A DNA stretch of 64,000 bases from an uncultured candidate division Zixibacteria bacterium (GCA_963713865.1 OY970208.1:1536001-1600000); one strand, 5' to 3'. Counted from the stretch's first letter, positions 8,880 through 19,338 are shown. A program made the numbers and translations. The notes: generated by a model from the letters alone, not told the origin.

Positions 8880-9626
8880 ATGGCAGTAGCATTACAGGAG
8901 CTTTTGGAAGCAGGGGTACATTTCGGTCATCAGACCAAAAGATGGAACCCCAAGATGAAACCTTTCATCTTTACCTCCCGGAACGGAATCTATATAATCG
9001 ACCTGCAGAAAACAGTTAACTCTCTGGAAAAAGCCTGTCAGAAAATTAAGGAGTTAATGGAAAACGGAAAAGATATTTTATTTGTAGGTACAAAAAAGCA
9101 GGCAAAAGAGGTGATAAAGGAGGAGGCTTTAAGATGCGGGATGCCTTATGTGACTGAAAGATGGCTGGGTGGGATGATGACAAATTTCCAGACTATCCGC
9201 AGGAATATAAAAAGATTAAAGGATCTGGAGAGAATGAAGGAGGATGGCACTTTTGACAAGCTCACCAAGAAAGAGGCTTCAGGTTTACAAAGGGAGATAG
9301 AGAAGTTAGAGAATGTATTAGGAGGTATAAAAAATGTAGTCAAATTGCCGGGAGCTATCTTTGTGGTCGACTCCAAAAAGGAAAAGATTGCAGTAGCTGA
9401 AGCAAATAAGCTTAAGATTCCGGTTATCGCGATTATCGATACTAATTCAGATCCAGACGTGATCGATTATCCCATAGCTGGAAACGACGATGCAGTTAAA
9501 TCAATAAAGATTATCACCCATGAGATCATCAATGCGGTCTTAGAGTCACAACACAAGCTTTTAGAAGAAAAAGAAGAAGAGTCAAAGGTTGAAGCCAGGG
9601 TTAAAAAGAGTAAGGAGGAAAAATAG
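8880..9626 (+). CDS. rpsB: 30S ribosomal protein S2
   Basis: [19 protein letters not shown]...[10 protein letters not shown]...DTNSDPD...GNDDA. Confidence 0.98.
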   Translation: MAVALQELLEAGVHFGHQTKRWNPKMKPFIFTSRNGIYIIDLQKTVNSLEKACQKIKELMENGKDILFVGTKKQAKEVIKEEALRCGMPYVTERWLGGMMTNFQTIRRNIKRLKDLERMKEDGTFDKLTKKEASGLQREIEKLENVLGGIKNVVKLPGAIFVVDSKKEKIAVAEANKLKIPVIAIIDTNSDPDVIDYPIAGNDDAVKSIKIITHEIINAVLESQHKLLEEKEEESKVEARVKKSKEEK

Positions 9627-10220
9627 ATGGAGATAGATTCGAAACTGGTTAAGGAATTAAGGGACAAAACTGGAGCTCCGATGATGGATTGTAAAAGGGC
9701 TCTGGAGAAGGCAAATGGTAACCTGGAAAAGGCTCTTGATTATTTAAGGGAGCAAGGAGTTGCCAAAGCTTCTCAAAAAGCTGGAAGATCAACCAGGGAA
9801 GGACTAATATATTCTTATATACATCCAGGTGAGAAGTTAGGAGTACTTTTAGAGATAAATTGCGAAACTGATTTTGTAGCCCGAACAGATGATTTTCGAA
9901 ATTTAGCTAAAGATGTTGCCATGCAGGTGGCTGCTTCCAACCCCGTAGCCATAAAAAGGGAAGATTTCCCAGCAGAGTTATTAGAGAAAGAGAAGGAAAT
10001 CTATAAAGCTCAGGTATTGAAGGAAGGAAAACCGGAAAAAATCCTGGATAAGATAGTCCAGGGTAAATTAGAGAAATATTTTCAGGAGTTTTGCCTGTTA
10101 GAGCAGCCTTTCATCAAGGATGAGGATAGAACTGTTAAACAGAGAATAGATGAGACTATCGCCAAATTAGGCGAGAATATAACGGTCAAAAGATTTGTTA
10201 GATTTAGATTAGGGGAGTAA
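9627..10220 (+). CDS. tsf: Elongation factor Ts (short form)
   Basis: VKELRDKTGAPMMDCKRAL...EINCETDFVA...GENITVKRFVRF. Confidence 0.97.
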   Translation: MEIDSKLVKELRDKTGAPMMDCKRALEKANGNLEKALDYLREQGVAKASQKAGRSTREGLIYSYIHPGEKLGVLLEINCETDFVARTDDFRNLAKDVAMQVAASNPVAIKREDFPAELLEKEKEIYKAQVLKEGKPEKILDKIVQGKLEKYFQEFCLLEQPFIKDEDRTVKQRIDETIAKLGENITVKRFVRFRLGE

Positions 10221-10236
10221 TTAGAAAATAGAAGGT

Positions 10237-10278
10237 AGCTATTAGCTTTTAGCGAATAGCAAACCGCGAAAAGCAAGA
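10237..10278 (+). repeat. Degenerate heptamer tandem array (AGCNAAW-type)
   Basis: agctatt agctttt agcgaat agcaaac cgcgaaa agcaaga, filling the tsf-pyrH spacer. Confidence 0.7.
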
Positions 10279-10991
10279 TGCGAAAACCAGTTTATAAAAG
10301 AATCCTGCTTAAACTTTCCGGAGAGGCTCTCCAGGGGAAAAAGGAATATGGATTAGACCCCGATTTTTTACGATATTTAGCTTTTGAGATCAAAGGAATA
10401 AAAGATTTAGGAACAGAGATCGGGATAGTCATCGGTGCAGGGAATATATTCAGGGGGATTTCTTTGAGCTCCAAGGGCACAGATAGGGTTTCAGGGGACC
10501 ATATGGGGATGCTGGCTACGGTTATTAATTCCCTGGCTCTACAGAATTATTTAGAGAAGATAGGGATCTTCACCCGGGTAATGTCTGCTATACAGATGGA
10601 TAGAGTAGCGGAGCCTTATATTCGTCGGAGAGCGATAAGACATTTAGAGAAGGGTAGAGTAGTAATTTTTGCTGCAGGAACAGGGAATCCTTTTTTTACT
10701 ACAGACACTGCAGCTGCTTTAAGGGCAAGCGAGATCGAGGCTGAGATTATCCTCAAAGGAACAAAAGTGGATGGAGTCTATACTTCTGACCCGTTTAAAA
10801 ATCCTAAAGCAAGAAAATTTAAACAAATAAGTTATTTAGAAATATTGAATCGGAATCTGAAAGTAATGGATGCCACTGCTATTTCGCTGTGCAAAGAGAA
10901 TAACATCCCTATAATCGTATTCAACCTTTTGAAAAAAGGTAATATCAAAAAGATAATCTCAGGTGAAAAAATAGGAACAGTGGTAAAATAA
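10278..10991 (+). CDS. pyrH: UMP kinase
   Basis: [11 protein letters not shown]...GNIFRG...[11 protein letters not shown]...[17 protein letters not shown]. Confidence 0.98.
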   Translation: MRKPVYKRILLKLSGEALQGKKEYGLDPDFLRYLAFEIKGIKDLGTEIGIVIGAGNIFRGISLSSKGTDRVSGDHMGMLATVINSLALQNYLEKIGIFTRVMSAIQMDRVAEPYIRRRAIRHLEKGRVVIFAAGTGNPFFTTDTAAALRASEIEAEIILKGTKVDGVYTSDPFKNPKARKFKQISYLEILNRNLKVMDATAISLCKENNIPIIVFNLLKKGNIKKIISGEKIGTVVK

Positions 10992-11049
10992 TGGGCAATA
11001 CTTTTTATCCTGAGGTATGCTCAAACCTAAAGAATAGAAAGGAAGAAAT

Positions 11050-11607
11050 ATGACCAAACAGATTTTTGCTGAAACAGAAGAGAGGATGAAAAAGACGATT
11101 GAAGCTGTTCAGAGGGAATTATCCTCCATCCGGACGGGTAAAGCCACCACCTCACTTTTAGATGGGGTAAAAGTGGAGTACTATGGATCAATGGTTCCTC
11201 TTTCTCAGGTAGCGAGCATAAGTGTGCCGGACTACAAATTGATTATTATCCAGCCCTGGGAGAAAAAGCTTATTCCTGAAATAACCAAGTCTATCCAGAA
11301 ATCAGATCTGGGCTTAAATCCAATCACGGATGCGAACGTGGTTCGCCTGCCTATCCCTGCTTTAACTGAAGAGAGAAGAAAGGACCTGGTTAAACTGGTT
11401 AAGAAGATAACTGAAGAAAGCAAAATATCATTGAGAAATATCCGCCGGGATGCAAATGAGGCTTTAAAGAAAAAGGAGAAAGATAAGGAGATATCTGAAG
11501 ACGATTCTAGAAAAGGTGTGGAGCAGGTGCAGAAGATACTGGACAAATATATCGGGATGACGGATGAGCTTCTGAAGAAAAAGGAAGCGGAGATAATGGA
11601 AGTGTAA
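11050..11607 (+). CDS. frr: Ribosome recycling factor
   Basis: IRTGKAT...YYG..VPLSQVA...LTEERRKDLVK...RNIRRDAN. Confidence 0.98.
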   Translation: MTKQIFAETEERMKKTIEAVQRELSSIRTGKATTSLLDGVKVEYYGSMVPLSQVASISVPDYKLIIIQPWEKKLIPEITKSIQKSDLGLNPITDANVVRLPIPALTEERRKDLVKLVKKITEESKISLRNIRRDANEALKKKEKDKEISEDDSRKGVEQVQKILDKYIGMTDELLKKKEAEIMEV

Positions 11608-11786
11608 TAAATACAATGGCGGATGACGGATAAAAGAAAAGGAAAAAGGAAAACGAAAAAAGGAAGATAAAAAAGACGTGACCGTTGACCAATTCCCGTT
11701 AACATAAATATGTAGGGTAATGTTGAACCTTGCGTGATTTTATGATTTTGAAAGGAATGACTTCGACTATCTGAAGATTAAAACAT

Positions 11787-11859
11787 GTTGCCGAGCCTTG
11801 AGGGCTCGGTGTCCGATAAAGCTTTATGGCTCATAGCGAGAGCTAAAACCTCTGTTACG
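11787..11859. repeat. GTAGCCGAGCCTTSAGGGCTCGG...CTAAAACCTCYRYTACG composite REP-like element
   Basis: Related copies at 13948-13997, 14985-15058, 36364-36428 and 62226-62324, and in the cluster at 419-622. Confidence 0.75.
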
Positions 11860-11883
11860 TTAACTATAGGAAAGAGTATTTTA

Positions 11884-12622
11884 TTGGCTGAAGAAAATTT
11901 AAAAGAGAAGATTTTGAAAAAGGGGAATTTGCCCAAGCATATAGCTATTATTATGGATGGGAATGGGAGGTGGGCAAAAAGAAGAGGTCTGCCTCGAATA
12001 GCCGGGCACAGATCTGGAGTAAAGACGGTAAAAAGGATAGTCGAAGCCGCAGGAGAACTGAAGCTTTCCATCCTCACACTTTTCACCTTTTCGGTTGAGA
12101 ACTGGCAGAGGCCCAGGGAGGAGGTTTCTGCGATTATGAATTTACTTTACGAGACTACTAAAAAGGAGTTAAGTGAGTTAGAAAAAAACAATGTCAAACT
12201 TATTACTACCGGCAAGATAGAGGAGCTTTCTTTACGAAGAAAAGAGATTTTGGAAAAAGCGATCCAGAGGACTAAAGACAATACCGGACTGGTTCTGAAT
12301 TTGGCTTTGAACTATTCTGGCAGAAGTGAGATTCTGGATGCAGTAAAGAAAATTTCTCTGGATATATCTTCCGGAATTATAAAACCAGAAGAGGTGGATG
12401 AAAAGCTTTTTTCCGCCTATCTTTATACTAAAGAGTTACCAGATCCAGAACCTTCTGATCCGGACTTCAGGCGAAATGCGCATCTCTAATTTTATGCTCT
12501 GGCAGACCTCCTATACTGAACTTTATGTGACGGAGGTCTTATGGCCCGATTTCTCAGTGAACGATTTTTATCAGGCTATCTGGTCTTATCAGAATCGTCA
12601 GCGAAGGTTTGGCAAAATCTGA
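11884..12622 (+). CDS. uppS: Undecaprenyl diphosphate synthase with one +1 frameshift at 12445-12451
   Basis: [13 protein letters not shown]...FSVENWQRP...[11 protein letters not shown]. Changing CCAGAAC to CCAGAC restores [22 protein letters not shown]. Probable TTG start at 11884. Confidence 0.93.
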
Positions 12623-12652
12623 TTACAGATTACAAATTACAGATAACAGATT
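12618..12652 (+). repeat. Heptamer array (ACAGATW), left arm of the inverted repeat flanking the four-helix-bundle gene
   Basis: tctgatt acagatt acaaatt acagata acagatt. Confidence 0.85.
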
Positions 12653-12658
12653 TAAAAA

Positions 12659-13030
12659 ATGGCGTTTTATAGAAAATTTGAAGAATTGCCTGTCTGGAAA
12701 AACTCAAGAGAGTTGACTACTCAGATCTATAAGCTTACAGAGAATTCGAAATTTAGAAGAGATTTTGGCTTAGTTGATCAGATTAGGAGGTGCAGCATTT
12801 CGATATCCAGCAATATCGCTGAAGGATTCGAAAGAGGCTCTAAAAAGGAATTTATTCAATTTCTTTATATAGCAAAAGAATCTGCAGGTGAATTAAGAAG
12901 CCAGTTATATACTGCCTTAGATCTGGGTTATATTGATAAGGTTATGCATCAGACTTTTTTGACTCAAGCTGAAAGTCTATCCAGACAACTTACAGCTTTC
13001 ATTACCTCAATTAAAGAAAAGATTAAGTAA
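12659..13030 (+). CDS. Four-helix-bundle protein (23S rRNA-intervening-sequence protein / bAvd-like family)
   Basis: 'FEELPVW', 'FGLVDQIRRCSISISSNIAEGFER.SKKEFIQFLYIAK.SAGELRSQLY.A.DLGY'. Confidence 0.93.
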   Translation: MAFYRKFEELPVWKNSRELTTQIYKLTENSKFRRDFGLVDQIRRCSISISSNIAEGFERGSKKEFIQFLYIAKESAGELRSQLYTALDLGYIDKVMHQTFLTQAESLSRQLTAFITSIKEKIK

Positions 13031-13041
13031 AGTTTCTTTTT

Positions 13042-13069
13042 TATCTGTTATCAGTCATTTGTCATCTGT
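13042..13069 (-). repeat. Heptamer array, right arm of the inverted repeat flanking the four-helix-bundle gene
   Basis: tatctgt tatcagt catttgt catctgt; its reverse complement is acagatg acaaatg actgata acagata. Confidence 0.85.
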
Positions 13070-13078
13070 TATTTTTAT

Positions 13079-13906
13079 ATGAATAATTTATTAACCCGTA
13101 TAATAATCGCAATAATCTTTATCCCCTTCATCCTATATATATCCTATTCCGGTGGCTTGGCATTTATGAGTTTTGTAAATCTTCTGATATTTTTGGGTTT
13201 GATAGAATTCTCCTCGATTTTAAGGCTCAAAAATATCTCTATCCTTCGGACTCTTTTTATCCTTTCTGGAATTTTGATTGGAATTTCAGTTTATTTTTTC
13301 GAGGTAAGATTTATCCCTATAATTCTTTTAGCCGGTATCTTTATTTCAGGTTTATATCAATTGGTTAAGAATAAATTTGGATTTGCAATTGAAAATCTAT
13401 CAGTATTTTTATTCGGCTTAATTTACGTGGCTGTCTTTTTCTCGTTTCTTATTTTAATCCGTGAATTTCCCAAAGAGTCAGGTATGGATTACAATCTTGG
13501 AGGTTTATGGGTCATCTTCATTTTCTTCTGTCTATGGCTTTCAGATACTTTAGCTTATTTTATTGGGACTCCTTTTGGGAAACATAAGATTTTGCCAGAG
13601 GTCAGTCCCAAGAAAAGCTGGGAAGGGTCTATTGGGGGAATGGCCGGGTCAATTCTCACTGCAGTTTTCTCAAAGCTTATATTATTAAATAAAGTCCCCT
13701 TGTTCCATCTGCTTATTTTATCAATTCTGGTCAGCATCTTCGGGCAATTAGGTGATTTTGTGGAATCATCTTTCAAGAGGTCGGCTAACCTGAAGGATTC
13801 CTCCAATATCATCCCTGGGCATGGGGGGGTATTAGACCGTTTTGATAGCTTGCTTTTCACTGCCCCTTTAGTTTATTTTTATCTGAAATTTATTTTATAT
13901 AAATAA
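13079..13906 (+). CDS. cdsA: Phosphatidate cytidylyltransferase
   Basis: SDTLAYFIG..FGKHKI.PEVSPKKSWEG...GDFVESSFKR....KDSSNIIPGHGGVLDRFDS. Confidence 0.96.
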   Translation: MNNLLTRIIIAIIFIPFILYISYSGGLAFMSFVNLLIFLGLIEFSSILRLKNISILRTLFILSGILIGISVYFFEVRFIPIILLAGIFISGLYQLVKNKFGFAIENLSVFLFGLIYVAVFFSFLILIREFPKESGMDYNLGGLWVIFIFFCLWLSDTLAYFIGTPFGKHKILPEVSPKKSWEGSIGGMAGSILTAVFSKLILLNKVPLFHLLILSILVSIFGQLGDFVESSFKRSANLKDSSNIIPGHGGVLDRFDSLLFTAPLVYFYLKFILYK

Positions 13907-14056
13907 AACAATGATAGATATCGGATTTCGGATGACGATGCAAGTCATGTAGCCAAGTCTTCAGGGCTTGGCGCAGAGGACTAAACCTCTGCTACGCCTC
14001 TCTCAGAGGACAAGCGAAAAGAAGCAATCCTGAAGGGTTGCCCTGCAATTAAAAAT

Positions 14057-14959
14057 ATGTTAAAATATTTCGATTACATCTTCGTTCTTCGGCCGGTGCT
14101 TATGGTTCCGGTTTGGACGATTCTGCTTTTAGGGCATTATCAGGGCTCAAGGGATGCTTCCTTTGATAAATCTTTGCTCTGGCTTTTCTTATTCGCTACC
14201 TTTTTCATCGGAGGGGTATATCTTTTAAATCAAATCTATGATCTTGAAACAGATCGTAAAAACAAGAAGCTATTCTTTTTAGCAGAAGGGTATATCTCCA
14301 AGAAAAATGCCTGGGTTTTGACTGTTTTTTTATACCTTTTCAGTGTTTTACCAGCTTATTTTCTGTCTTTAACCATCGGGATAATTTTTACCTTGGGTTT
14401 GATTTTTAGCTTCTTCTATTCTGCTCCCCCTTTTACCCTGAAGAATAAAACCTATGCAGGTCTTTTAGCTAATCTTATCTCCCATGGTTCTCTGGTATTT
14501 TTAGCAGGTTTTTGCGCCCGATCAGGTTTCTCCCTGAGGGCAGTCTTATTATCACTTCCTTATGCTCTCGCCGTTGGCGCAGTTTACATAAACACTACCA
14601 TTCCAGATATAGGAGGTGATAAGATGGCGGGGAAGATGACTTTTGGAGTGAAATATGGAACTTTCAAATCAGCTTTGGTCTCAACCATTCTGGTGCTATT
14701 ATCCATCATTTTATCTATTGTCTTTTTAGATTTACCTTTTCTTTTTTCTGCGGTCCTCTCTTTTCCCTTTTACCTTTTAGCTCTTTTGACTAAAGAAGCT
14801 GGAAAAAGTGTTCTGGCATCCAAAGTCTCGATACTTTTTTTATCCCTGGCGGCTGGATATTTTTATTCCGGGTATTTCATAATTTTGATTTTGGGTTTTT
14901 TAGGAACCAGATTATATTATAAGGAGAGATTTAACTTGGAGTATCCGAGTTTGTTCTGA
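14057..14959 (+). CDS. UbiA family prenyltransferase
   Basis: Multi-TM protein with 'NQIYDLETDRKNK', 'YSAPPFTLK' and 'PDIGGDKMAGKMT' motifs. Confidence 0.88.
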   Translation: MLKYFDYIFVLRPVLMVPVWTILLLGHYQGSRDASFDKSLLWLFLFATFFIGGVYLLNQIYDLETDRKNKKLFFLAEGYISKKNAWVLTVFLYLFSVLPAYFLSLTIGIIFTLGLIFSFFYSAPPFTLKNKTYAGLLANLISHGSLVFLAGFCARSGFSLRAVLLSLPYALAVGAVYINTTIPDIGGDKMAGKMTFGVKYGTFKSALVSTILVLLSIILSIVFLDLPFLFSAVLSFPFYLLALLTKEAGKSVLASKVSILFLSLAAGYFYSGYFIILILGFLGTRLYYKERFNLEYPSLF

Positions 14960-15188
14960 TATAGGTATGGACGACTACATCCACGTAGCCGAGCCTTCAG
15001 GGCTCGGCGGCCGATAAAAGCTTTACGGCTCGAAGAGAAGTTTAAAACCTCCATTACGCGATAGCTCCAGTGAATAAGGAAAATTGAAAAAGGAAGAATG
15101 AAAATAAAAAAGAAATATCGAATGACGAACATCAGATTCCTGATAAAAGCGAAAAGCAAATAGCAAAGAGCAAATTCAAGAATAAAAA

Positions 15189-16184
15189 ATGCAAAAAGAA
15201 GCTCTATATTACGAAAAATTAGAAAATAAAAAAGTTCAGTGCCATCTCTGCCCCTGGGAGTGTCTTTTAACTGAAGGGAAGCTGGGGATTTGTCGGGGGA
15301 AAAAGAATTTACAGGGGGTATTATATGCCATTAATTACGCTAAAGCTGTTTCCATCGCTTTGGATCCGATCGAGAAAAAACCACTTTATCATTTCTTTCC
15401 CGGAACGGACATTTTATCTACCGGCCCCAATAGCTGTAATCTGAGATGTAACCACTGCCAGAACTGGTCTATCTCTCAAATAGAATCGCCGACGGAACTG
15501 GTAACTCCGGAGGATTTAGTTTCTCTGGCTTTAAAATATAACTCCCCGGGGATTGCCTATACTTATACTGAGCCCTTGATGTGGTATGAATATGTTTTAG
15601 ATGCTGCCAAACTCGCTCGCAATAAAAATTTAGTCAATGTTCTGGTGACCAATGGCTATATCAATCCGGAACCTCTGGAAAAGCTTTTACCTCTAATCGA
15701 TGCTTTGAATGTTGATGTTAAAGGGATGAGTCAGGAGTTCTACAAAAAAGTGTGTAAGGGTAAGTTAGACGTAGTTTTGAAAACAGTCGAGATTTCAGTT
15801 GAGAGAAATAAGCATGTGGAATTAACTTATCTTCTTATTCCAACCCTGAACGATTCAGAGGATGAGCTTAAAAAATTTGTAGATTGGGTGGCAAATTTGA
15901 ATGAACGTATCCCTGTTCATTTCTCCAGATATTTTCCGGTTTACAAGTCCGAATTGCCACCTACACCGGTATGGACTTTAAAAAAAGCTTTTAAAATTGC
16001 CAAGGAGAAATTGAAATATGTTTATGTGGGAAATGCCTATATCCCAGGCACCTCTGATACTCATTGTCCCAAATGCTCTAAGGTCTTAATCTCAAGAAGT
16101 GGATATTCAATCGACATAGCCGGGATCAAAGATAAGAAATGTAAGAATTGCGGGACAGACATAGATGTGATATTAAAAGGCTAA
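15189..16184 (+). CDS. amrS: AmmeMemoRadiSam system radical SAM enzyme
   Basis: 'CHLCPWEC', 'DPIEKKPLYHFFPG', CxxxCxxC 'CNLRCNHCQNWSISQ', 'YTYTEP'. Confidence 0.92.
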   Translation: MQKEALYYEKLENKKVQCHLCPWECLLTEGKLGICRGKKNLQGVLYAINYAKAVSIALDPIEKKPLYHFFPGTDILSTGPNSCNLRCNHCQNWSISQIESPTELVTPEDLVSLALKYNSPGIAYTYTEPLMWYEYVLDAAKLARNKNLVNVLVTNGYINPEPLEKLLPLIDALNVDVKGMSQEFYKKVCKGKLDVVLKTVEISVERNKHVELTYLLIPTLNDSEDELKKFVDWVANLNERIPVHFSRYFPVYKSELPPTPVWTLKKAFKIAKEKLKYVYVGNAYIPGTSDTHCPKCSKVLISRSGYSIDIAGIKDKKCKNCGTDIDVILKG

Positions 16185-16243
16185 AGGCAATAGTCTAAAG
16201 TCCTGAGTCTAAAAGCCAAAAGCAAAAAGCGAATCGCTGAAAA
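16179..16243 (+). repeat. Degenerate heptamer array
   Basis: ggctaaa ggcaata gtctaaa gtcctga gtctaaa agccaaa agcaaaa agcgaat cgctgaa. A similar two-part array lies at 52150-52207. Confidence 0.7.
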
Positions 16244-16246
16244 ATA

Positions 16247-16275
16247 TTGACAAAGCATCTTTCAAACCCTATTAT
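16247..16275 (+). promoter_or_regulatory. Sigma70-type promoter
   Basis: TTGACA, 17-nt spacer, TATTAT, upstream of the phasin-like gene. Confidence 0.6.
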
Positions 16276-16390
16276 AAAATAGAATGTCGAGATATTAAGT
16301 TTTAAAATAATTGAGGATTAAATAATTTAGAATATAATATAATAACAAGTCAGAAATCGAATAGCGAATAGCTAATTAAGGAGGTATAAA

Positions 16391-16712
16391 ATGGCAGATA
16401 TATTCGAGAAAACACTTTTAGCCGGTTCTGGGTCTTTTTGATTTAACCCGGGAAAAGGCTGAAAAGTTGGCGAATGAGCTTATCAAAAGGGGAGAGCTTT
16501 CTCAATCGGATAAAGCAAAGGCAGTCAAGGAGATTTTAAAGGGTCATGAGGAGAGAACCAGGAAAATAAAGGAGAAGATCGACCAGCACGTTAACAAGGC
16601 GGTTGAAAAGTTAAAAGGGGTTACAGCTCAGGAGCTTTCAGAGCTGAACAAGAAGATCGAGAAACTCTCAAAGGAGCTTGAGAAATTAGGAGAGAAGTTA
16701 GAGAAGAAATGA
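16391..16712 (+). CDS. Phasin-like coiled-coil protein with one +1 frameshift at 16425-16431
   Basis: AGGAGG SD and ATG at 16391. Correcting GTTCTGG to GTCTGG gives MADIFEKTLLAGLGLFDLTREKAEKLANELIKRGELS..., the typical phasin-family N-terminus. Confidence 0.8.
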
Positions 16713-17064
16713 TACCTTAAGACCAGGATGGTGATCAAGCAGATGGATGGGGGAGCAAATTATGTGCTGGTCAAAGTTGTTAAGGCGATGGAGGAGTGAT
16801 TTATTAATTACCTCAACTCTTCTCTGAAAAAAATGATAGTTTAGCAAGAACTAATGGATTGTAAAACTTTAGCATTACCCCATAGAAAGAAGAGGGTCAG
16901 TTTTGTGCTCTATCTCCACATTTGATGAGAAATTATAGGGTCTTTCTAAAAACTGCCTTTACTAAACACTTGTAATATATAAAAGATTGACAAATTGATT
17001 TTTAAAGTTATATTTAATTTTGAATTCATATTGTTTTAATTTTTACCAAGGAAAAGGTTAGAAT

Positions 17065-17832
17065 ATGGATAAGGAAACCTGGAAGACCTCTATCACTCAG
17101 ATAAAGAAGGGGGAAATAAGGGTTCGCGGATATGACATAACTGAGCTGATGGAGAAACTTACCTTTAGCCAGGTCGTTTTTCTTATCCTTAAAGGTGAAC
17201 TCCCTAGTTCTCAAGAAAGTAAAATGATGGAGGCGATTCTTGTTTCCTCTATTGATCACGGTGCAACACCGCCTTCCTCTCTGACAGCCAGAATTGTTAT
17301 CTCCGGCGGTAATCCTTTAAATGCCTCAGTGGCTGGAGGGATTTTGACCATAGGAGATTCTCACGGAGGGGCAATTGAGGAATGTGCTAAGATGTTCCAG
17401 GTCCTGGCAAAAGAGGAAAGAGATTTAGCCTCCTCAGCTTCTGAATTAGTTAAAGAATATCAAGTCAAAAAAAAGAGGATTCCAGGGTATGGACATCGCT
17501 TGCATGAAACTGATCCGCGTACGGTTAAACTTTTCAAAGTTGCACAGGAGCTGGGTTTTTCAGGCAGACACTTAAAGTTAGCCAAAGAGATCGAAAAAGA
17601 ACTGGAAAAGACTTCCGGGAGAAAACTCCCTTTGAATGTAGATGGAGCAATTGCAGCGGTTGTCTCGGATATGGGATTTGACTGGAGATTGGGAAAGGGG
17701 TTTTTTATTATCTCCAGGGTTCCGGGTTTGGTTGCTCATGCTTATGAGGAGCTTACTAGAGAAAAGCCGATGCGGAGATTAGGGAATACAGATTTCGAAT
17801 ATGATGGACCGGAGCCCAGAGAAATTATTTAA
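17065..17832 (+). CDS. Citryl-CoA lyase-like protein (citrate synthase superfamily, CCL/ACL-C type)
   Basis: 255 aa with 'WKTSIT...IRVRGYDI', 'DHGATPPS', 'HGGAIE', 'IPGYGHRLH..DPR', 'LPLNVDGAIAA' and 'RVPGLVAHAYEE'. Confidence 0.85.
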   Translation: MDKETWKTSITQIKKGEIRVRGYDITELMEKLTFSQVVFLILKGELPSSQESKMMEAILVSSIDHGATPPSSLTARIVISGGNPLNASVAGGILTIGDSHGGAIEECAKMFQVLAKEERDLASSASELVKEYQVKKKRIPGYGHRLHETDPRTVKLFKVAQELGFSGRHLKLAKEIEKELEKTSGRKLPLNVDGAIAAVVSDMGFDWRLGKGFFIISRVPGLVAHAYEELTREKPMRRLGNTDFEYDGPEPREII

Positions 17833-17921
17833 AGGTTTTTTAATTATAGAGTATAACTTTAAAGATTGCCTTTACATACTGGTAGTTTCATGATTACAAT
17901 ACTACTTAAACTGGAGGGCAA

Positions 17922-18876
17922 ATGAATAAATTTGATCGTCTGCTTTACATTCTCAGTCTTCTCAGGTCAAAACAGTCTCTCCAGGCAGCAGATTTAGCCC
18001 GGGAGTGTCAGGTGTCCGAGAGGACAATCTACAGAGACATAATCTCCCTTTCCTCAGCCAACGTCCCGATATACTTCGATGACGGCTATAAACTTCTTAC
18101 AGATGCTTTTCTGCCTCCTTTGAACTTTTCCTTAGATGACTATTTAGTATTGAAATTAGGTCTGGGCTCAAGCCCGCTTTCTATCAATACACCACTGGGG
18201 AAGTCGGCTAAAAGGGTTTTATCGAAGATTGATTCGGGTTTAAGTCAGGAGGTAAAAAACAGGCTCAGCGATTTGGGTGATCCCCTGAGAATAACTCTTA
18301 AATCATCAGTTGATTTAAACAAACTTGGTCTGATCTTTAACCTGATCGAACAGTCGATTTTAAACAGGAGAACCATCAGATTAGATTATGAGGGTTCTGG
18401 AATCGGGAAAAAGCTCCAGGGAAATTGACCCCTACGCTTTAATCTTCAGACGCCATTCCTGGTATCTTTTAGGTTTCTGTCATGTGAGGGAAGAGATCAG
18501 GATTTTCAGGCTCAATCGAATTTACAAGGTTACCTTGACGGATAAAAATTTTGAGAAGAAACCTGATTTCTCCATAGAAGAGTTTTTCAATAATAGCTGG
18601 GAGATCTATCAAGGGGAACTAACTGAGGTAAAGTTAAGGTTTTTCGGGAAGGCGGTGAAGGTGATTGAATCAAGCCAGTATCACCCATCTGAAAGCCTGA
18701 ATAAACAAGAGGATGGCTCGCTTGTCTATTCGGTGAAGGTGAGCGGGATTGAGGAGATCTCAAGATGGATTTTAGGTTTTGGTGAAATGGTGGAGGTGCT
18801 GAAGCCTGAGGATTTAAGAGTAAATATCAAAGAGACGGTTCAAAAAATGCAAAAGCTTTATTCTAAATCAGCCTGA
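17922..18876 (+). CDS. HTH-WYL-WCX transcriptional regulator (YafY/PafC-like) with one +1 frameshift at 18394-18400
   Basis: N-terminal HTH 'LARECQVSERTIYRDI' and WYL domain 'REIDPYAL...WYLLGFCHVREEIRIFRLNRI'. Removing one T gives DYEGLESGKSSR. Confidence 0.9.
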
Positions 18877-19243
18877 TGTTAAGTTCGAGTTTGGATCCAT
18901 AGGTTTTTGAGTCAAATGTGTTTTCCAGTTTCACAACTCCGGCAGTAAAGACAGTAGTTGGTGGATGGTGGTTAGTTGCTGGTCCTCCACACCCATCCAA
19001 TTTATCTAAATCTTTAATCATAATTATTTTTAGTAATCCATTCTTGTCAAGTTTTCTTTTTTGAGAGTCCAGCCACTCAGGTGTAAAACTCATAATAGGT
19101 TAAATTATTCTTGACTTGGTTGTTTGAATTTATGTTATTCTCCCCATACAAAACTTAGGTGTATGCCTGACAAACAAACACTTACGGGTGATGAAGTTAT
19201 ACTGAATTATCAGATTGAGAAAATGAGGACAAAGGAGAGCTAG

Positions 19244-19330
19244 GTGGAATTCATAATTGCAGGAGTAATAGCCATAGCGTTGCTGGTGTATCTGGTCTAT
19301 GCTATGTTTAACCCTGACAAATTCAATTAG
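19244..19330 (+). CDS. kdpF: K+-transporting ATPase subunit F
   Basis: Below the ORF-track size cutoff. AAGGAG SD and GTG start give MEFIIAGVIAIALLVYLVYAMFNPDKFN, with the 'YL.YA...P.KF' signature, directly before kdpA. Confidence 0.9.
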   Translation: MEFIIAGVIAIALLVYLVYAMFNPDKFN

Positions 19331-19338
19331 AGGAACTG

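Noticed and set aside
12659-13030. Avd-like gene taken as part of a diversity-generating retroelement
   Set aside because: No reverse transcriptase or TR/VR pair is present in the window, and variation in the TPR repeats is not restricted to adenines.
18863-19093. 76-aa minus-strand ORF between the WYL gene and kdpF
   Set aside because: No clear SD and no recognisable domain. It may be a remnant but cannot be supported as a gene.
19100-19243. c-di-AMP (ydaO) riboswitch upstream of kdp
   Set aside because: The conserved GCGGGGGA...GGGGTGAATC core is not visible.
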